The notes under the pieces are model-generated. The model had not been told where the DNA came from and did no database searches. It saw only the letters and a program-made list of their open reading frames with translations. The position numbers and the translations under genes are program-made. From positions 1-46,173 of the IMG/VR virus record IMGVR_UViG_2778261505_000003: DNA of 46,173 nucleotides; one strand, given 5' to 3'. Shown here one piece after another: positions 42,001 to 46,173 of this stretch; the stretch's first letter is position 1; every line of letters begins with the position of its first letter. This stretch comes from a virus. Its lineage: Duplodnaviria > Heunggongvirae > Uroviricota > Caudoviricetes.

Positions 42001-42281
42001 TGCGAGACTTAATTATCAAATTCACAGACAAGGCCGACTTTTCGGCCTTTATGGAGAGTATTGGCTATTATGATGACGAGTCGATGCAGGGTGATATTCT
42101 TATTGACGTGATAGGTAACGTGTACAAAGAAACCGGAGAACTGACTGAAGATGGCGAACCGGTATGTGTTAAGGAGGACGGATATTTTGTAAACGTGCGC
42201 ATCATTAATGATGCAAAAAAATCGTCAATATTCGATAAATACGCGATTGTTGTTGAGCATCAACTTCGTGGCTGGATGTGA
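42000..42281 (+). CDS. Hypothetical 93-aa protein translationally coupled to stf (possible fibre chaperone)
   Basis: TAATG overlap with the stf stop; acidic small protein; no similarity to lambda Tfa noticed. Confidence 0.4.
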   Translation: MRDLIIKFTDKADFSAFMESIGYYDDESMQGDILIDVIGNVYKETGELTEDGEPVCVKEDGYFVNVRIINDAKKSSIFDKYAIVVEHQLRGWM

Positions 42282-42290
42282 GGGAGACAA

Positions 42291-42995
42291 ATGGCTACAT
42301 CGACAGTAATTCCAGGAGACATCACCACGTTAAAGGGAGATGTCAGTAAAGCCAAGGAAGATATTTCCTCAATTAACGGAAAAGTATCAACGCTTCAGAC
42401 TGATATGACCAGTGCAAAGCAGGATATCAGCACCAGATACACAAAAACTGAAGTTGATAATAAGCTGAAAAACAAAGTGGAAGTGAACGATCTGGAAAGT
42501 GGTCGTTATGGTGGAGATTTTTACCCGCTGACTGGTCGTGAAGCGTTTTATTTGTGGGGATTGGGCACGACTACAGCGGCGGCAAACCTTTATCTTAATC
42601 CTGACCCCGCAATTTCGTCTGTACTGCGGTCCACATCGTCTATCCGCTATAAACATTCAGTAGAGACGATAGATTCGGAGCACGCCGATCTCATTTTCAA
42701 GATGCGCCCTGTGTGGTACAGGTCGCAATGCGAAAATGACAGGCGCGATTGGGGATTCTATGGATTGATTGCCGAGGAAGTAGGAGAAATTGCCCCTCAG
42801 TTTGTTCACTGGCGACCAGCTAACGAGAATGATGCTCCTGAAGCTATTTCCAGCAATGGCCTTGTTGCCGAAGGTGTAATGTACGAACGTCTGGTTGTTC
42901 CACTGATTCACCATATCCAGAAACTGACTGAAAGAGTTGATGAACTTGAGTCAGAATTAAAGTTGTTATCAACTTCCCGAAGCGATATCGGATAA
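42291..42995 (+). CDS. Tail-fibre-like protein with C-terminal intramolecular chaperone (peptidase S74-like) domain
   Basis: N-terminal coiled-coil-like segment; C-terminal SIRYKHSVETI...GFYGLIAEEVGEIAPQFV...LTERVDELESELKLL resembles the endosialidase chaperone domain. Confidence 0.5.
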   Translation: MATSTVIPGDITTLKGDVSKAKEDISSINGKVSTLQTDMTSAKQDISTRYTKTEVDNKLKNKVEVNDLESGRYGGDFYPLTGREAFYLWGLGTTTAAANLYLNPDPAISSVLRSTSSIRYKHSVETIDSEHADLIFKMRPVWYRSQCENDRRDWGFYGLIAEEVGEIAPQFVHWRPANENDAPEAISSNGLVAEGVMYERLVVPLIHHIQKLTERVDELESELKLLSTSRSDIG

Positions 42996-43005
42996 AGGAG
43001 GAGTA

Positions 43006-43299
43006 ATGGATATAACACCTTTCCTTCATGCACTTTGTGCTGTGGCTGCGCAGGTACTGGTTGGTCTTTTTACCGGAAACTGGGCTTACGGGGCGATAGC
43101 CGGTTGTACGTTCTTCATTGCTCGTGAACATACCCAGGCAGAATATCGCTGGATTGAAATGTTCGGGCATGGCAAGCGAATGAATATGCCGTGGTGGGGC
43201 GGTTTTGATCCGCGCGCGTGGGATGTAGCAAGTCTGATGGATTTTGCTGTGCCGGTGGTGGCGTGTCTGCTGGTCTGGCTGTTGGTTAATCGTGGGTGA
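43006..43299 (+). CDS. Hypothetical small membrane protein (two predicted TM segments)
   Basis: 97-aa ORF with hydrophobic N- and C-terminal helices and a Trp-rich middle; function unknown. Confidence 0.4.
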   Translation: MDITPFLHALCAVAAQVLVGLFTGNWAYGAIAGCTFFIAREHTQAEYRWIEMFGHGKRMNMPWWGGFDPRAWDVASLMDFAVPVVACLLVWLLVNRG

Positions 43300-43309
43300 A
43301 AAAAGGTGA

Positions 43310-43435
43310 GCTGTATATGCAACGGAGGAAGAAACCTCGTTGCTGGAAGCCTGGAAGAAGTATCGGGTGTTGCTGAACCGTGTGGACACTTCCGTAGCAC
43401 CAGATATCGAGTGGCCAGCTGCACCTATAGGGTAA
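43310..43435 (+). pseudogene. 3' remnant of a tail fibre assembly (tfa) gene
   Basis: Open frame ...[35 protein letters not shown] resembles the conserved C-terminus of Tfa chaperones; no start codon or upstream body. Confidence 0.4.
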
Positions 43436-43632
43436 AAATATAGTTCTATATGGGAGCGCTATTTTTACAATATAAATGCTGAACGGAAGAATCTAACCAG
43501 TTACAAAAAACATAGTTATGTAATCCAGTTGCCTGGGCATGCGTGTGATGTTGATAGCTATTACTGTATCTTCCGTTCACTTATCTTATTGTGAACAGTT
43601 ATAAATAATTTGATCTGCTCTTATTCAGCCTG

Positions 43633-44835
43633 CTAGGCTGCTGTAAATCTTCGATACTTTCTTAACATAAAGATCATGATTAGAATAATTGAAAGTAAGT
43701 AAACAATCCAAATGGTGATATTTCGTTCAATTAAAAAGCTACCAATTCCGCCGATCACTGAAGGAATCACCAGAGAAGCGGCCCCCATTAACGCAGATGT
43801 GGCACCCAGACTGGTACGTTGGCTGGACATAGTTAGATAAGTATAAAGTGATTCGAACATACCTCCGGCAAACATCAAAATAATGAAGAATAATATAAAG
43901 ACATTGACATGATGAACGAATGTTATTAGCGGAGTGCACAATACGATAAATGAAGCAATGAGCTTCAGCCATAAACTCAAAATTTGTGGTGCAGACCGCT
44001 TCTTAAGTAGTTTACCTGATAGTGCTGCTCCCAGCAGAAGGAATCCTCCAATAATTGATGAGATAACACCAAATTGCGTAGATGAGTATCCATACTTAAC
44101 CATCAAAATAAATGGGGAAGCTGTGACATAACAATAAATTAGAGAGAATGAAAGTCCAAGAGAAAGGCAAGGTAGATAAAATCTTGGTTGCTTACTTATC
44201 TCTTTGTACGTAAGAAATGATGATTTTAGTGAATATGTAATCCGTTTTTTATGACTGAGTGTTTCAGGGAAGTTAAAATAGACATACGTTAATGTTACAA
44301 CAGAATATCCTAATATCATTAGAAAAATTGCACGCCATCCCCATACATCATTAATTATTCCTCCCAGCAGTGGAGAAGCAATAGGCACGACACCTTCAAT
44401 AGTTATGATAATAGCGTACAGTGTAGCAGCCACTGAACCGCGTGTTACATCACGAACAGCACTAATTGCTGTAACCAGAGTTATTGATATAGAAAGCCCC
44501 TGTATGATGCGTATTGTAAGAAACGTACCCAATCCGGTCGAGAGTGTGAGGCAATATGTTGTCACACAATAAATAATAGCACCTGAAAGCATAATTCTTC
44601 GACGACCAATAGAATCAGATAATGGGCCAAAAATTAGCTGTCCAAAACCTATGCAAAGGGTATAAACCATGATAGACAATTGCATGGACGGGATGTTTTG
44701 TCTAAATTCTTTTGCGATGTCAGGAATTGAAGGCAAATAAGTGTCCACACCTAGAATGCCCATAATAGTCAGCAGCGATAGGCCAATAGTAAAGAAAAGT
44801 ATATTCTTTCTGTGAATAACAGCTTGTGATTTCAT
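43633..44835 (-). CDS. MFS transporter (Bcr/CflA-like drug:H+ antiporter type), 400 aa, AT-rich
   Basis: Twelve predicted TM segments; MFS signature GRRRIMLSG between TM2 and TM3; markedly lower GC than the flanking phage genes. Confidence 0.8.
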   Translation of the reverse strand: MKSQAVIHRKNILFFTIGLSLLTIMGILGVDTYLPSIPDIAKEFRQNIPSMQLSIMVYTLCIGFGQLIFGPLSDSIGRRRIMLSGAIIYCVTTYCLTLSTGLGTFLTIRIIQGLSISITLVTAISAVRDVTRGSVAATLYAIIITIEGVVPIASPLLGGIINDVWGWRAIFLMILGYSVVTLTYVYFNFPETLSHKKRITYSLKSSFLTYKEISKQPRFYLPCLSLGLSFSLIYCYVTASPFILMVKYGYSSTQFGVISSIIGGFLLLGAALSGKLLKKRSAPQILSLWLKLIASFIVLCTPLITFVHHVNVFILFFIILMFAGGMFESLYTYLTMSSQRTSLGATSALMGAASLVIPSVIGGIGSFLIERNITIWIVYLLSIILIMIFMLRKYRRFTAA

Positions 44836-45188
44836 TATTTATCACCATGAATAAATTAAAAGAATGAAAAAAACTCCATTTAAATGGAAGGAGGTGGATA
44901 ATTATCGTGTAGGCAATACAACAGAGTTGAAAAGAACTGTCAAACTTTTAACTCAAAAAAGTGAGATGTGAATCACAGACATAAAAATCATCTTTTTCAG
45001 TCCTATGGTTCAGTTAAATTTGATTGTTATCGTACGAAGGTTTGAACGTGTGTGTGCGTATGCGGTATTTTTTCTTGCGAGTGCCGGAGTTATGAGAACG
45101 TTGTATTAACCTTCATAATCTGACCTATTCAATTGATTCCAGTACACCAATGGGTATTTTGGTGTTATGGTATGTGACTCCAAATAAA

Positions 45189-45410
45189 ATGGAGCGTGAA
45201 CTGATAGTTGAGCGAACAAAAGTCGGACTAGAAACCGCTCGGGTACAGTGGCGAATTGGAGTTGGCGACCCAAACTGACCTAGGAACAATCGTTGCAGAT
45301 CGGACGATTAATTTCATCAGAAATTCCTCGCTAAAAGGTGGCTATCACTGTGATGTTAACGTATCTAATTTGTACAAGAAATTTCTGCGGGGGAAAATGA
45401 AACCGCAGAC
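45189..45410 (+). pseudogene. Remnant of a serine DNA invertase (Pin/Hin/Gin family) C-terminus, frameshifted
   Basis: MERELIVERTKVGLETAR matches the conserved invertase motif; after a frame change ...DVNVSNLYKKF matches the C-terminal HTH; the N-terminal catalytic domain is absent. Confidence 0.45.
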
Positions 45411-45597
45411 TCGTTGTATGCAAAAACGTGCTGCGGCTAACTGGTGAACTTTCGATAGTGCGGGTATTGAATGATTTCTAGGCGTTATCGATTTTACGTA
45501 TTTTTTGCATGATAGAATTCGTACCTCCTCCCAACGACCTTCCATGGCTTTCCGGACTTCTGTAGGCCGGCGGACGATGCTGTCCTCGGATGTTGTG

Positions 45598-46173
45598 CTA
45601 ATTGGGTGATAACAGATCCTGTGTATGGGAGTTTCCCTTTGTGCGTGCGTTGATGCTGGTAACGGTAAACGTCATGATGAACACGACCGCGAATAAGACG
45701 ACAATCGTCGGAGCTGGTGCGCTGTCGATAAAAAAGGACAACCAGACACCAGTCATTGACACTATTACCGATATGCCAGTTGCCAGTAGGAGCGCAATAT
45801 GAAAGCGTTGTGTCAGGAGTACCGCAATGGCGCCAGGCGCAATGAGCAGAGAAATGGAGAGAATGATACCTACTGCTTTCAGCGTCGCCACAATGGTCAG
45901 AGAGACCATGCACAGCAGCCCATAATGCAGCCATCTCGTATGCAAACCGCTTACCTGCGCCTGTTGATAATCAAAGCTGAACAGCAAAAAATCCCGCCAT
46001 TTTACGCTAATAACAAGTGTAACCAGCCCGGCAATAATCATCGTCTGGATTATATCGCCGATGGTTATCCCGAGCATGTCGCCGAAAAGAATATGGTCAA
46101 GATGTACGTCTGGTTTGACTGCAATATACAAGATCAGACCTGCGGCAAACATGCCAGAAAAAACAATCCCCAT
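45598..46173 (-). CDS. sitD: C-terminal part of a SitD/MntD-like ABC-3 metal transporter permease; N-terminus lies beyond the window end
   Basis: Polytopic membrane ORF open to the window edge; family resemblance to Mn/Fe ABC permeases (from memory). Confidence 0.6.
   Translation of the reverse strand: MGIVFSGMFAAGLILYIAVKPDVHLDHILFGDMLGITIGDIIQTMIIAGLVTLVISVKWRDFLLFSFDYQQAQVSGLHTRWLHYGLLCMVSLTIVATLKAVGIILSISLLIAPGAIAVLLTQRFHIALLLATGISVIVSMTGVWLSFFIDSAPAPTIVVLFAVVFIMTFTVTSINARTKGNSHTQDLLSPN

Noticed and set aside
45494-45934. 146-aa minus-strand ORF
   Set aside because: Overlaps the sitD-like permease in another frame; Cys/His/Arg-rich, not protein-like.

Overview
The window is almost entirely one lambdoid prophage, about 43 kb, with the flanking host region at the right edge. 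The left arm is a Rac-type early region on the minus strand: integrase, excisionase, ralR/lar, recT, recE, racC, ydaE and kilR, then the racR repressor with ydaS/ydaT and ydaU/ydaV replication genes on the plus strand. Unlike the decayed Rac of E. coli K-12, this copy continues through an AT-rich cargo island, a ybcN/ybcO/Q late-control module, two tRNA genes, and a phage-21-type lysis cassette (dual-start pinholin, SAR endolysin, Rz/Rz1). The right arm is a lambda-type cos/packaging/head/tail module from Nu1 to J, followed by lom and a mosaic side tail fibre. Past the fibre genes lie a tfa 3' remnant, an AT-rich MFS transporter, a pin invertase remnant and the C-terminal part of a sitD-like permease running off the window. 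No CRISPR array, rRNA or intact IS element was seen. The best candidates for undescribed biology are the cargo island at 11.25-14.4 kb (QueH-like gene, YeaR-like gene, a 29-codon toxin-like ORF), the two convergent ORFs inserted between holin and endolysin, and the replaced tail-fibre tip module. All family assignments are from reading the translations and from recalled homologues; no database search was run.
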